DNA of 63,424 nucleotides, filler included, from Octopus bimaculoides (Eukaryota): assembly GCF_001194135.2 (NCBI RefSeq). It is 5 parts of 5 records of this genome, joined end to end, with 100 filler letters (N's around TTAATTAATTAA, not from the genome) between each part and the next. Parts side by side here need not be neighbours in the genome. Positions count along the whole stretch, not along the records: positions 1 to 16,353 come from NC_068984.1; 4 more parts are not named here. One strand, given 5' to 3'. This document shows, one piece after another, positions 1 through 13,020 of this stretch. Position 1 is the stretch's first letter, and every line of letters begins with the position of its first letter. The notes beneath the pieces are model-generated. The model was not told the origin of the DNA. It did no database searches and was given only the letters and a program-made list of their open reading frames with translations. Position numbers and translations under genes: made by a program.

Positions 1-44
1 TATATATATATATATATATATATATGTAGGTATATATAATATAT

Positions 45-373
45 ATCCTTAGCTAGGTATTTCTCCTGCAACTGTCTCACTAGAAATAAGGCATCAGTAG
101 TGCTTTTACCTGGCACGAACCCAAACTGCATCTCATCTAAATTGATTCGCTCCCTAATTAGTTGGGCTATGACCCTCTCTGTAACTTTCATAACCTGATC
201 TAACAGCTTGATGCCTCTGTAATTATTTGTATCTAAAGCGTCACCTTTACCTTTGTAGCAGTTGACTATGATGCTGCTACACCAGTCATTGGGTATGACT
301 CCTTCGTGTATCACCTGGTTCGTAATACGGGTGACTAGGCTATAGCCAACACTGCCAGATATTTTGAGCAGAT
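45..373 (-). pseudogene. RTE-clade LINE reverse transcriptase fragment
   Basis: Minus-strand translation LKISGSVGYSLVTRITNQVIHEGVIPNDWCSSIIVNCYKGKGDALDTNNYRGIKLLDQVMKVTERVIAQLIRERINLDEMQFGFVPGKSTTDALFLVRQLQEKYL carries the RT N-terminal motifs (IPxDW, YKGKGD, NYRGIxLL, QFGF, RQLQEK) typical of RTE. It is not in the ORF track. Confidence 0.9.
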
Positions 374-413
374 ATTTTGTTTACATTCTGAAAATTTTGT
401 TTACATTCTGAAA
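374..413 (+). repeat. 20-bp tandem duplication ATTTTGTTTACATTCTGAAA x2 at the putative LINE 5' end
   Basis: Exact copies at 374-393 and 394-413, with a degenerate third copy near 452-470. Confidence 0.9.
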
Positions 414-961
414 ATTTACGATAAAATCGTTTCTCTCACACAATAGTTTAGTTTATTTACATTCTGAGAACCTAAGGTGAAAATCTTCCCTTTTACTAAA
501 GTTTTCACAGTCACCTCGTTTTACACTCTTTCTCAAAAATCTCTATTCTTATCACATCTTCTCTCCCTCACTTTTTCTCTCTTCTATCTTATCTTAGATT
601 CTCTGTTTCTCACCCTCTCTCTCTCTTCCATGATATATTTTTCATTTTTCATTTTCATTTTGTTTTCTTTCTTTAGTTATCTTCTCTCTCTTTCTCAAAC
701 ATCTCTATTCCTATCACAGCCTCTCCCCCTCTCTCTCTCTATCTATCTTTATAGACGGACAATAGACACATCGGCTCCATGTAAGTTTGCCTTTTATTGC
801 CTTAAAAAGTTGTTTTTGGATTATATTTTTTATGTAAAAGTTGTGCAACAACTGATACATTTGGTTGTGCAATTTGCTTGCACGGGAAATCTGCCCTGTG
901 TGGCGAATTTCCCAATTTTGTAAAATTGTTTTTGGCTTTCTTAGCCATATTTGTTTTGAGG

Positions 962-2382
962 ATGGCGTCTTCAAGCCATGCAGATGATCTCATAACGAAC
1001 GCCGGTCTGTTTGGCAACTCTTTCTACGTTGATTTCCCTACACTGCCTTCACCACAGCTTCATGAAGGAGGGAAGAAGGGGAGAAGTATCACACAAACAG
1101 GTGCAAGTGTGAGCATGAATGCTAAAACTGCCACCACCACCAGCAACAACAGCGATATCGTCGCAAAGGCTTTGACCTTAAAGAAGAGAAACACTACCAC
1201 CACAACTTCACCGTCAACTGCTACAACAGACGCCTCTGCCACCACCACCAACACCACCACAACAAATTTTGCTGAAGTGATAAGACAGAAAAGAAAGATT
1301 GTTACTTTCACTGCCCAACAAATAAAAGACACTAAATCACTACTCCACAAAAAAGGTGAAATATCCCACAGAACATACTAGAAGAAACATAGAAAAACCC
1401 ATCATATACAAAGTATTGAATACAAAAACAAAAAGAGCAGAAAACGCAGCACAGGAAAAAATTGAGAAGTGCCTTGTATGACCACATAAGGATTACGTTA
1501 ATTGATGGCATAAATTTGCCACTGTGCAAGTTCACTTCCACAACAAAGAATTAGCAAAAAAATTTTTGACAGTCACTCTGCGCACAGATCAGCTAACAAT
1601 GATACCCAACTATCTTGGGCAAAGAGTAACTAAAGTAACTATAAAAAATGTGCCTCTAGAGGTAGAGACACAGTGGCTGTTATCGGCCATCTGTTTTGAA
1701 ATGGAGGAAGCCAATATTTTAGAGATTGCTGTCGTTGACAGGTAAAAAAATCGAAATCCTATTGCAAATCAACCAAGAATCGATAAATAACCTACCAGCA
1801 AATATCGAACTAGCAGAAGGACACAAGTTGTATATAGTGGTGGAGGGCAGGAGGCCACGATGCTACGTATGCAACAGTGAAACACATTTAAAATCTGATT
1901 GTCCAACTGCTGCCAAAAACAAAGAACGGCAACAACAACAATAACAACCACTACCAAAACCTGCAAAAAAAAACCCTGTTACCTACACCACCTTCAACAC
2001 AAAAAACAGTAATAACAACACCAACAATCAACAACAAAACAAGAAGTGATGATAGAGGAAAAACAGTAGAAGATGCAAAAACTGTTTCCCCCTCCCCTAT
2101 ATCGCATACACCCAACAACCAACAGAAACAACAGCACAATCACTTACACAAACAAACACAGAAACTTACAACATGCCCCTAGCCCCTTCCGATTCCTCTG
2201 AACTTTCGTCGGAAGATGAAAGTAGTGAGGAATGGCAAATAGCCAGAAAAGGAAGGAGGAAGAGGGGCAAAAAAGGACAAAGACAAACACCAACAAAGCA
2301 AGGAGATTCACAACTCCCGAAAACACTTCCAACTCCAACACAAACAACACCAATAATACAAAAACAATGCTCACAGCAATAG
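962..2382 (+). pseudogene. Tx1 ORF1 (gag-like): Thr-rich N-terminus, RRM-like segment, CCHC zinc knuckle; stops and frameshifts
   Basis: ATG at 962 (MASSSHADD), VTKVTIKNVP segment, knuckle CYVCNSETHLKSDCP at ~1860-1905, low-complexity T/Q/K-rich tail. Confidence 0.8.
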
Positions 2383-2676
2383 ACACAAAAAACACAGAGT
2401 TGATGAAATACATCAACTCAAAAACAAACATTACAGAAAACAACCACCCATACACAACACCACCAGAACACATCAAAATTTACCACATTTCACCAACATT
2501 GCACCACACACTAAAATCCTTCTACCCAAATGCGGTAGGGAGATGAAATATTTATGTAAAAAACTGTATAGTAGCCTCCTTGGCAAAAAAATCAAAAGAG
2601 GAAACTGAACTTTCGAACGGTAAGTAACTCTCTGATCATTTCGTTTGTGTTTTAAAGCACACACCTCAATAGGATC

Positions 2677-5600
2677 ATGGTCAAGATTGGTTGTGTGAAT
2701 GCACGTGGCTTGGGGTCCCCTTGGAAACAAGGGTACCTCTTAAATGACATAAAGTCACATGATTTGGGAATCATAGCCATAAGTGAGACCAGACTCCATG
2801 AACCACGGGCCCTAAAGTTCATGTTTGGCAGACAGTTTAACATTTATTTTTCTCTCGCTGTCTGCCGAGGATGGGTGGTAGTGGCATGGTGGTTCTTTTT
2901 TGCAAGAGTCTGGATCTCGAAGTAAAGATGATATTCGTAGACGCGGAGGGTAGACTGGATGGGTGCGCTTTTCGACTCCTAGCGCTTTTCGACTCCTACC
3001 ACCTTTAACAGGTTGGTCGGATTTCTTTCGATGTCTAGAAGTATTCCTGGGAACGTCTCGTCCTTTACTTTTAGTGGGGGATTGGAATGCTACCTTGGAC
3101 ACGCATCTAGACTACGTGGGGAGAGACTGTTTGACAGGTACCGACTCGGCCACCCAAATGTGCCAACGTGGACATGGAGCAACCGCATTAGGTCATTGAG
3201 ATCGTATCTAGATAGGATACTGCGTAGAACAATAGATAGGAATAGCTTAGGATGTCCACAATTCCACACAGTCAGTTACACGGATCACAAACTCGTGACG
3301 TGTACGCTAGACTTAGATAAGGCACATAGGCAGGGTCCCGGTTACTGGAAACTGAACGCGCCTTTCCTGTCGAGACAGGTTTTCAGAGCCCAAATTAGCA
3401 CATTAGTAAAGAGGGCTTTGACAGGAGCCATCATCAACAACAAATGGTGGTTTGCTCTCAAGAGAGCAGTAAAAGCGGAAGCAGTTAGATATAGCAAGTC
3501 CCTAGCCGTAGATAGAAACAGAGTAAAGGGTGAGCTAGTGAAGAAGTTACAAGAGGCAATAAGAAGTGGCATCACATCCGACATTTTGGCGGCGAGCTTG
3601 GCCCTTGACCAACACTTCAACACCAAACATGAAGGGTGTGCTGTCAGGGCAAGGATGTGTGCTCTAAGGAATGAAGGTGCTGGAGTCGCGCGAGAGGCCC
3701 AGGTGGCGGAGGCGCAGTGGGGCAACAGAGCCACCATTTGGTCTCTGGTAGATGAACAGGGGTACAAATTGCTCGAGCCGAGCAAGATGTGCAAGGCTTT
3801 TCAGCGGCATTTTGCCCGACTGTTCAGGACAAGTGGCGAGCAAGAAGGCAGGGTGGACTTCAGTGCCTACCTGCACAGCCTGCCACGACTCTCAGCAAGA
3901 GAGGCAGAGTGCTGCGAAGGTGCCATCATGGCGGCGGAAGTGAGGGACGCGATGGCAGGATGCTCGAGGGACAAATCACTGGGTTTGGATGGTCTGCCCT
4001 ACGAGCTTTACAACTGTATTCCAGACTTGTTTGGAGATGTCTTGGTAGCGTTGTACGGCAACTGGCAGCAGAATGGGAACATTCCCAGTTTTGTGAGCCG
4101 AGGAGCTGTAATGCTGCTGAAGAAAGATCCAAACAAGGGGGACATAACAGATAACTTTAGGCCCATCACTCCGCTCAATGCAGACCTGAAAATTTTGGCC
4201 AAGATGTTAGCCAAGAGGTTAGCGCTTGTCATCGAGAAACTGGTCAACAAGGCGCAAACGTGCACCATGCCGGGCCAGAGCATCCATGACAACCTCCATC
4301 TGATGCACTACATCATAGACAGGGTAATTAAGGAACCTGGCATGGGTGGGGCCCTGATCAATTTGGATTAATTGAAAGCTTTCGATAGGGTAGACCATCG
4401 ATACTTGGAAGCTGTCCTCATAGCAGCCGATTTCAGTCCCATTTTCCGCAGCTGGATGGCCAACTTGTACAGAGGCATCCATTCGGTAATTCGCGTCAAT
4501 AGACATCTATCAAGACCTTTCCACATTGCATGTTCGGTCCGTCAGGGATGCCCCCTCTCGTCGCTTCTGTACGTATTGACTCTCGAGCCACTACTGCGGA
4601 AACTGGCGACTCTGAGGGGCATCCCGCAAGAACTGGGGTGCTGGACAAGCATGCCGGCATACGTGGACGATGTCACCGTCATAGCGTCTAGCTACAAGGA
4701 CATCGAGCTGGTCGGCGAGACACTGAAGGACTATGAAGCGGTGACGGGAGCGAAAATCAACCGGGAAAAGCTGGTGGGCTTGCAGCTCGGCACCTGGAGA
4801 AGCAAGCCCATACCGTCCGGCACCGCCTCACTAGTGGGATGCTGGACGGACAGACCGGTCAAGTTGCTCGGAGTCTGGTTTGGTCCAGACCTGCAAACGG
4901 AGAAGAACTGGGACGAGATAACGAGTAGGGTGGCCACTCTCTGCCGGTAATGGTCTGAGAGAAAGCTGTCCCTAAAAGGTTGGGCGGAGGTGGTGAACGT
5001 ATACATCGCATCCGTCATCAACTATCGCTTGACCGCCGTGCCTTGTCCTGACCCTACCATCACCAAGCTGGAAAGCATCCTCTTCTGCTTCTTGTGGAAA
5101 GGAAGCGTTCTGATGGTCAGGCGATCCGTTTGCTGCCAACACCCGCTGAAAGGAGGGCTGGGCATGCCGTGATTGAGGATGCACAAACATGCACTGAGAC
5201 TGCGACATCTCTGGCTCTACGTAGACGATGGTGAGCAGATATGGTCTTCGCTTGTGCGGCGCGCTTTCCAGCAGCTCGTCTCCGTGATCGAGCTGCAGTC
5301 GTGGATCAAGAAGAGGCCGAGGAAGGGCAAATGGCACCACGAGTGTGGCATTGCTCTCCAGCAACTCTGCCGTCCCGGGTCAACCTTGAGTGACTGCATC
5401 ACAACAAACGCATTCTAGTAGAGGGGAGGTACGACAACGATCTCAGGGCGAATCTGGGCGTCGACGAGGAATACCTGACCCACCTGTTCAAGACGACTTT
5501 CGGGCCGGGACCTATGGACAACTTCCAGAGATCCCTGGCCTGGCAGTGCTACTGAGAAGAGCTACCTGTTGAGGATAAGGTTTTTCCAACACAGCTCAAC

Positions 5601-6062
5601 AAATATGGGGCTGACCTGCTCAAGATGCGGCCAGAGTGACGAGACCATTCTGCACACACTCGTGCAGTGTCCAACTGACTTGTGGGCTGACTTGTGGGCT
5701 TATGTCAAATAACTACTGTCACGTGTGGGACGAGTTGGTTTATCAGCCGAGTCTATTGTCAATATTGTCACGCCTCCTTACTTTAAACAGGAAGAAGAGC
5801 TGTTTTTATCGTACTTGTGGCTATGGTGAAAGAATGTATCTGGTGGATGCGTCTGAAAGAATTAGAGACAAACACTTTCCTCTCTGGTCAATCTCTTATC
5901 AACTTTTTCAAGTATCACTTGCAAAGGGAGGTGAGAATAGAGAGGCAAGTGATGTCTAGCGAATCTTTCCCAAAAAGATGGGTGAATGTAGCAAGGATGG
6001 TACATATAAATGACGATCCTATGAAACGGGGAAAAAAGCAGAGAGTTACTTACTTTTTGTAA
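2677..6062 (+). pseudogene. Tx1 ORF2 (APE endonuclease, reverse transcriptase, C-terminal finger), disrupted
   Basis: IGCVNARGL, ISETRL, LLVGDWNA, YLDRIL and TDHKLV (APE); PGYWKLN; GLDGLPYELY, NFRPITPLNADLKILAK, KAFDRVDH, VRQGCPLS, YVDDVT (RT); CSRCGQSDETILHTLVQCP near 5617-5673. Confidence 0.93.
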
Positions 6063-6363
6063 ATAAATTTGTTAAAATGTAACATCATTGCCCGAGGTTA
6101 CCCTGGTCTTTTCGTAGGTTTTTCTTTCCACGGATAAACCTCCCCATTTCTTGGGAACTTTTGGTATTATTTTGATTTTTTTTATGTATATATCCCAAAC
6201 AATTTCGATTCCTTTTGATCGTTGTCCCAACTTTTGTTTTTTTTTACGTTGTTTTTGCACCCCCCCCCCCCNNNNNNNNNNNNNNNNNNNNCCCCCCGAA
6301 AAGAAAAACTCTACATTGTATTTATCCCATCTGTGTTCAGCCCTGTGTGGCTAATAAAGAAAG

Positions 6364-6364
<1 letters not shown>

Positions 6365-6404
<40 letters not shown>
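6365..6404 (+). repeat. (TATC)10 microsatellite, Tx1 tail/target
   Basis: Read directly, immediately after the polyA signal. Confidence 0.95.
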
Positions 6405-6405
<1 letters not shown>

Positions 6406-6560
6406 GTCCATCAATCAAAATTCCCTATTTCATACTCTGTACGTATTTCTGTACATTTTCTCTACTTCATATTCTCCCTCCCCTCTTTATCCTCTTTTGT
6501 TTCTTTCTATTAGTATTTCTCTATACTCTAAGATAACCTCTCTCTCAAATACCGTGCACT

Positions 6561-7500
6561 ATGGATACCAGCAGACGAAGCTTTATACAGTGCCAAATTG
6601 AAGCTAACAAGAAGATGTGTCGAAACTGGCAATTAGAAGAAATTTGCCTTCTTGTACAAACATAGAGCTTGGCCAAAGGATCACCAGCAAATGACCTAAT
6701 AGCTGAAACCTTGGATAGATATAATTTCTACAGATCTATGGCTCAAATTGAACAAAAGAAACAGGAGCTCATACGCTCCTATGATCTTATAAAACCACAT
6801 CTTGACCTCCTAGAAGGCTTTATAAGGGACACAGGCTGTAAAAAGGACAATGAAGACCCTGCATACTGGAAGGCCAAACGGATGACCAAAACAAGGCAAA
6901 TGCCACCAGTGCTATAGCCGCTACTGAAAGCTGCAATGGCCATAGTGAATACAACCAACACAGCACCTCACCAAAAGACAGAGACAGGAGAACAGACAAA
7001 GAAATGGTGTACACTAACAAGCTTCAAGCCCAAGCCCAAGCCCAAGTACGTTATGCAAAGAAACAGATTATCTGTAAATTCTACCTAAATGGTACTTGTT
7101 GGTATGGGGAAAAGGGAGCAAACTGCAAATTTGCCTATCCCAAACGCCACCAGCTAAACAAGCTAGATGACCACCCACAACAAAATAAGTGAGAGCGCAG
7201 AAAAGGGAGACCAAAAAGTTTGAACCTGCATACCTATAATCCACGAAGAACCAACAAGACTCACAAGGAAAGAAGTCCACATATTCCTTCTGCTCCCAAC
7301 AAAAGGCTATATGCAGAGGCTGTGCGAACTGCAGCAGCTGAACAGCAAGCTTTTTTAAGCATGGCCCAGAAAATAGTGCACCAACTAACATGGATACAGA
7401 GGGTACATTGTCAACACCATACAAACCACTATCCAAGACCACCACAGACGATGGATCCAGGATGGCCACCACTAACACTAGGGACCCCTGCACAGATATC
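6561..7500 (+). pseudogene. CR1-group ORF1 with a degenerate CCCH zinc finger
   Basis: ATG at 6561 (MDTSRRSF); CKFYLNGTCWYGEKGANCKFAY at ~7071-7140 has C-x7-C-x8-C-x3-(H>Y) spacing. Confidence 0.65.
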
Positions 7501-10432
7501 ACACCCATATTCCAACTGAATATCTGGGGCCTATTACGAACAGGCGGCAGAGACAAGTTTCTATACCTGAAAGACCTAGCTGCATGCAATCAAGCAATAT
7601 CTAACATCTAATATAGCAGATGCAGAGATAAACATACCAGAGTATGCCGTACTCCGAACAGACAGAAGGGATAGAAGTCATGGGGGAGTTGCAATGTACA
7701 TCTGAGAAGATGTCACACCCCTACTACTCCTATCACACTCAAACTCTGTCTGTGATACTTTAATAGTACACATAAAACAAATTGATGTAGTTGTATGCTC
7801 AACATACCGTCCACCAAATACCGCAAAGCAGGAGGGTAAATTTGAGTACAGCCTCAGACGCATAGAAGAGGTCTTGACAAATCTGGACCAACACATCAAT
7901 ATACTTTTCCTAGGCGACTTTAACCTCCCAAATGTTAAATGGCATGAAGGTCACATCTTCTCTGGGATCTCATTGCATGAACAAAGCCAGGCAAAATCTT
8001 TGTTAGAACTCTCCAACATGCTGTTCATGGAACAAGTGATACTCCAGCCAACGAGAGGAAGCAATATTTTAGATCAATGTTTCACAAACAATTTGAGCCT
8101 AATCCATAATGTGAAAGTAACACCTACATCTCTTGCAGATCATAACATTATAGAATTAACAATGTATGGTCCTAGACAACCCACTGACACCCACCCCATC
8201 AGGAAGACTCAAGCCATATCCGACCTGAATTTCCACAGGGCGGACTGGAAGTCAATTTGCAAAGAGATTTGAAATCAAACCAGGCATGACAACCTTTCTA
8301 TACAAGACAATGACCTCAAACTAAGTCATTTTATGTCAACCATATAAGACATATGCACCAAATATGTGCCACAAAGAAAGGCCAGCAAACATGCCAATAG
8401 AATTCACAGAGACAGGAAAATCCTTATGAGACACAGAACAAAGGTCTCAAACCAGTTGAATAGAGAACTGGAGGACAGGAAAAAGGCTAAATTAAACTGA
8501 CACTGTTAGAAATAGAAAACAAAATCAAACACTCCCATGAAAAAAAGAGAGCGGAGTAGGAGAAGAGAGCAGTAGAAAGTATAAAAACAAACCCCAAGGC
8601 TTTCTATAGATTTGCAAAGGAGACTGCCACAGTACGGTACAAAATAGTACCCCTATTCCTACTTAATGGCTCACTGACTGCAGACCCCACATGGATAAGT
8701 GAAGTGCTCAGTGTGCAATTTAAGAGTGTTTTCACTTCTCCTCTGAGTCACATGCAGATAAAGAACCCAGCTGATTTCTTTGACAATATCACTCAGCAGA
8801 AAAAGACTGCATCCATTACCTACATTGACATTGAAGAGGAAGATGTAATAGCTGCCATAAACGAAATGAGCTCAAATTCGGCAACTGGCCCCGATGGTTT
8901 CCCAGCTGTCCTCCTAAAGTCGTGTAAACAAGAATTAGCAGGACCACTCTGGATACTCTTCCAGAGTTTCCTTGCAAGTGGTAAACTTCCCAAAAAGCTG
9001 AAGGAAGGCTTCATATGTCCTATCCATAAAGGTGGAAGTAGAGCAGAGGCTAGGAACTACAGGCCCATCTCTCTGACTTCACATATTAGCAAAGTCATGG
9101 AACGAATTGTCAGAAGGAGATTGATTGCTTTCCTAGAAGAAAATGACTTGCTGAATGAGACCCAGCATGGTTTCCGTCTAGGTAGAAGCTGCCTCACGCA
9201 GCTCTGGCAGCATTATGACTGGGTCCTGAAGCAGCTACTTGACCATTCAAATGTTGATGTGATATGTGATATATCCCGACTTTGCAAAAGCCTTTGACAA
9301 AGTTGATCATGGCATGATATGTAACAAGCTGCGAAACCTTGGCATAGCTGAGAATGACTGCATGATTTCTGAATGGTAGAAGTCAGACAGTTGCAGCCAA
9401 TGGAGAATTATCTAGAAAAACGCAAATATTGAGCAGTGTTCCACAAGGAACTGTCCTGGGGCCACTACTGTTCATAGTAGCCCCTCTGGACATGTCCACG
9501 GTCACTTGGACAGCCATTGTCACTAGCTACACTGATGACACAAAACTATCTCAGGCAATAAAGAATCCTGATGATGTCATAAGCCTGCATAATGACCTAA
9601 ATGCAATATACAAGTGGGCAGAGCAAAATAATATGCGGTTCAATGCTAAAAAATTTCAAGTACTGCACTACAAGGCCACAAGTGCTCCCCAACTGGCATA
9701 CACAGGACCTGCAGGTACTGCAATCCCAGAACCACAAACAGTGAGTGACCTGGGCATCAGCATGTGTAGTGATACATCATTTCACATGCACATTGTCAAA
9801 TTGACAGCAAAGTGCAGACAACTGGCAGGGTGGATACTGAGGACATTCCGAACAAGGGATCAAAAAGTCATGTTGACTCTATGGAAGACATTTGTTTTGA
9901 GCTGTCTAGACTATAGCTCTCAATTGTGGTCACCACACAGTGTCAAGCTGACAGCAGAACTCGAGGCAATTCAGCGTCACTAAACAAAAAAGACTGCCAC
10001 AGACCAGCAGATGAACTACAGGGAGCGACTGAAGGCACTAGGTCTCTACTCCCTGGAGCGCAGGCGGGAGAGATATGTAATAATATACATATGGAAAATA
10101 CTGGAAGGACTGGTGCCAAACTTTGGCATCAAGTACTACAGGAATGCCCGCACGGGTCGCCTCGCCACTGCATGGTGCCAAAGGTGCCGTCCACTGCATC
10201 TCACATAAGAACAAGGTACTGCAACAGCCTCGGTTTCAGAGGACCTCAGATCTTTAATGCCCTGCCAAAACAATTGAGAGACCTGCAAGACACGGATATA
10301 GAGGTCTTCAAAACTGAACTTGACACTTTCCTATCCACGATACCAGACAAACCGATGGCTCGAAATGAGACACAGTTGAGGGCAGTGATGTCAAATTCTC
10401 TTATACACCAGATGTGCTATCGAAACTCTTGA
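7500..10432 (+). pseudogene. CR1/L2-group ORF2 (APE + RT), disrupted
   Basis: QLNIWGL, TYRPP, LGDFNLP, NILDQCFTN, DHNII (APE); GPDGFP, NYRPISLTS, QHGFR, VPQGTVLGPLLF, YTDDTK, LYSLERRRERY (RT and C-terminus). Confidence 0.93.
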
Positions 10433-10571
10433 CTGAACTACATCAGGTGGCGGAGAGAGCCATGCAAGGAATGTGCAGAGAGCACAGCATAAGGAGGGAA
10501 AGTCATGGTGGTGCTCCACCACGATCGCAGCCACTTGGCTGAAACACATGAATAAATAAATAAATAAATAA

Positions 10572-10628
<57 letters not shown>

Positions 10629-10629
10629 C

Positions 10630-11015
10630 CTTGGCTCGTAGGGTGACAAGCTGTGCTTGAGGAGACCTATTGAGTCAAGTACATCAAAATCAAAATGAAA
10701 TGGAAATTGTAGCTGTGATCCCTGTGCTGGTGACACATAAAAAGCACCACTCGAATGTGGCTGATGCCAGCGCCGCATGTAAAAAGCACCAACTGATCAT
10801 GATCATTGCCAGCCTTCTCTGGCCCCTGTGCTGGCGGCATGTAAAACGCACCCACTACATTCTTAGAGTGGTTGGTGTTAGGAAGGGCATCCAGCTGTAG
10901 AAACACTGCCAGATCAGACTGGAGCCTGGTGCAGCCTCTTGACTTCCCAGACCCCAGTCAAACCGTCCAACCCATGCCACCATGGAAAGCAGACGTTAAA
11001 CGATGATGATGATGA

Positions 11016-11018
<3 letters not shown>
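10630..11018 (+). mobile_element. SINE-like repeat family C with (GAT)n tail
   Basis: Ends ...CCAACCCATGCCACCATGGAAAGCAGACGTTAAAC(GAT)n. Homologous copies at 25512-25743, 29845-30048 and 31325-31452, and a tail piece near 61836-61875. Confidence 0.8.
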
Positions 11019-11056
<38 letters not shown>

Positions 11057-12885
11057 TGAATAACTAAACTTGTGTATGTGTATATGCATCTATGTATATG
11101 TACGTGTGTGTGTATGTATGTATGTATGTATGTATCCATAAATGATAGGTGTATGCATGTATATATAAGTATATATTAATATGTGTATATTTAATGTCTG
11201 TATTGTGCAAACAAATTTGTTATAGAACGGAATAGTTATACATTTAAAATTATGAATTTACAAAATTTCCGTTAGATTATTTACTTATTTATGATTAAGT
11301 TCACTTTTATATAGCGCTTTCGTAAAGATTCAGAAATTATAAAGATTTTCATTTGATATTTCTCGTCAAATATTTAAGAAGATATGTCAGTCCAATGAAC
11401 CATCATTACATATTTAAACAGATTTGATTATTCTTAAAAAACTTTGTTTTATTACTGAAGTGGAAACAGCTGTAATCTATGAGATGTGTCATTTGTATAA
11501 AATATTTAAATGGAATTGGATTTATAATTGTTCAATTTCTTTTGTTTTTTCATTTCTGATTTATACATATATGTGTATGTACATATATATGTGTGTGTGT
11601 GTGTGTGTGTAGGGGGTGTATATATGTATATATATATATATATATATGACTTCCCTTTGCAAATACAGACAGGACACAGATGTGTGTCAATAGCCAGCTG
11701 GAGGAGATGTCCTCCTGGGGCTAAAAGCAACAGTAACATCCACCCTTAGGGGTCAGCCACATTTAAGTGGCAAATATACTTCACCTTGTTGTGCAGTTAC
11801 TGTTAATACCTCGTTCAGAGATTTAATATTGCTTGTTTTCACTTTTTCNNNNNNNNNNNNNNNNNNNNNNNNNNNNNNNNNNNNNNNNNNNNNNNNNNNN
11901 NNNNNNNNNNNNNNNNNNNNNNNNNNNNNNNNNNNNNNNNNNNNNNNNNNNNNNNNNNNNNNNNNNNNNNNNNNNNNNNNNNNNNNNNNNNNNNNNNNNN
12001 NNNNNNNNNNNNNNNNNNNNNNNNNNNNNNNNNNNNNNNNNNNNNNNNNNNNNNNNNNNNNNNNNNNNNNNNNNNNNNNNNNNNNNNNNNNNNNNNNNNN
12101 NNNNNNNNNNNNNNNNNNNNNNNNNNNNNNNNNNNNNNNNNNNNNNNNNNNNNNNNNNNNNNNNNNNNNNNNNNNNNNNNNNNNNNNNNNNNNNNNNNNN
12201 NNNNNNNNNNNNNNNNNNNNNNNNNNNNNNNNNNNNNNNNNNNNNNNNNNNNNNNNNNNNNNNNNNNNNNNNNNNNNNNNNNNNNNNNNNNNNNNNNNNN
12301 NNNNNNNNNNNNNNNNNNNNNNNNNNNNNNNNNNNNNNNNNNNNNNNNNNNNNNNNNNNNNNNNNNNNNNNNNNNNNNNNNNNNNNNNNNNNNNNNNNNN
12401 NNNNNNNNNNNNNNNNNNNNNNNNNNNNNNNNNNNNNNNNNNNNNNNNNNNNNNNNNNNNNNNNNNNNNNNNNNNNNNNNNNNNNNNNNNNNNNNNNNNN
12501 NNNNNNNNNNNNNNNNNNNNNNNNNNNNNNNNNNNNNNNNNNNNNNNNNNNNNNNNNNNNNNNNNNNNNNNNNNNNNNNNNNNNNNNNNNNNNNNNNNNN
12601 NNNNNNNNNNNNNNNNNNNNNNNNNNNNNNNNNNNNNNNNNNNNNNNNNNNNNNNNNNNNNNNNNNNNNNNNNNNNNNNNNNNNNNNNNNNNNNNNNNNN
12701 NNNNNNNNNNNNNNNNNNNNNNNNNNNNNNNNNNNNNNNNNNNNNNNNNNNNNNNNNNNNNNNNNNNNNNNNNNNNNNNNNNNNNNNNNNNNNNNNNNNN
12801 NNNNNNNNNNNNNNNNNNNNNNNNNNNNNNNNNNNGGAGATGGGTAAGAAGAAAGATAGATAGGTAGATAGAGGGATAGGGTTAG

Positions 12886-12929
<44 letters not shown>

Positions 12930-13020
12930 ACATCATATTTTGACATTTATAGGCATTTTTATTTTATGGACCACATCCAATATTCATGTGTGGTCTAGGA
13001 ACATAACCCCCGTGAATACC

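Larger units (their letters stand above)
748..6404 (+). mobile_element. Near full-length Tx1/L1-clade LINE, decayed
   Basis: ORF1 with a CCHC knuckle, ORF2 with APE, RT and a C-terminal Cys/His finger, a T-rich 3' UTR, AATAAA at ~6353 and a (TATC)10 tail at 6365-6404. The 5' junction follows CTATCTATCT at ~739-748. Confidence 0.88.
374..10578 (+). mobile_element. Near full-length CR1/L2-group LINE, decayed, with a Tx1 LINE inserted in its 5' UTR
   Basis: Pyrimidine-rich 5' UTR at 374-747 resumes at 6405-6560. ORF1 starts at ATG 6561, ORF2 has APE+RT at ~7500-10432, and a 3' stem-loop (10528-10541) precedes an (AATA)n tail at 10551-10578. The 5' boundary is inferred from the end of the RTE fragment. 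Confidence 0.8.

Noticed and set aside
11753-12946. Long ORFs in the track spanning N runs (also 32.1-33.2, 39.1-39.7, 40.4-40.9, 48.7-49.5 and 60.3-61.1 kb)
   Set aside because: Open only because N codons contain no stops.
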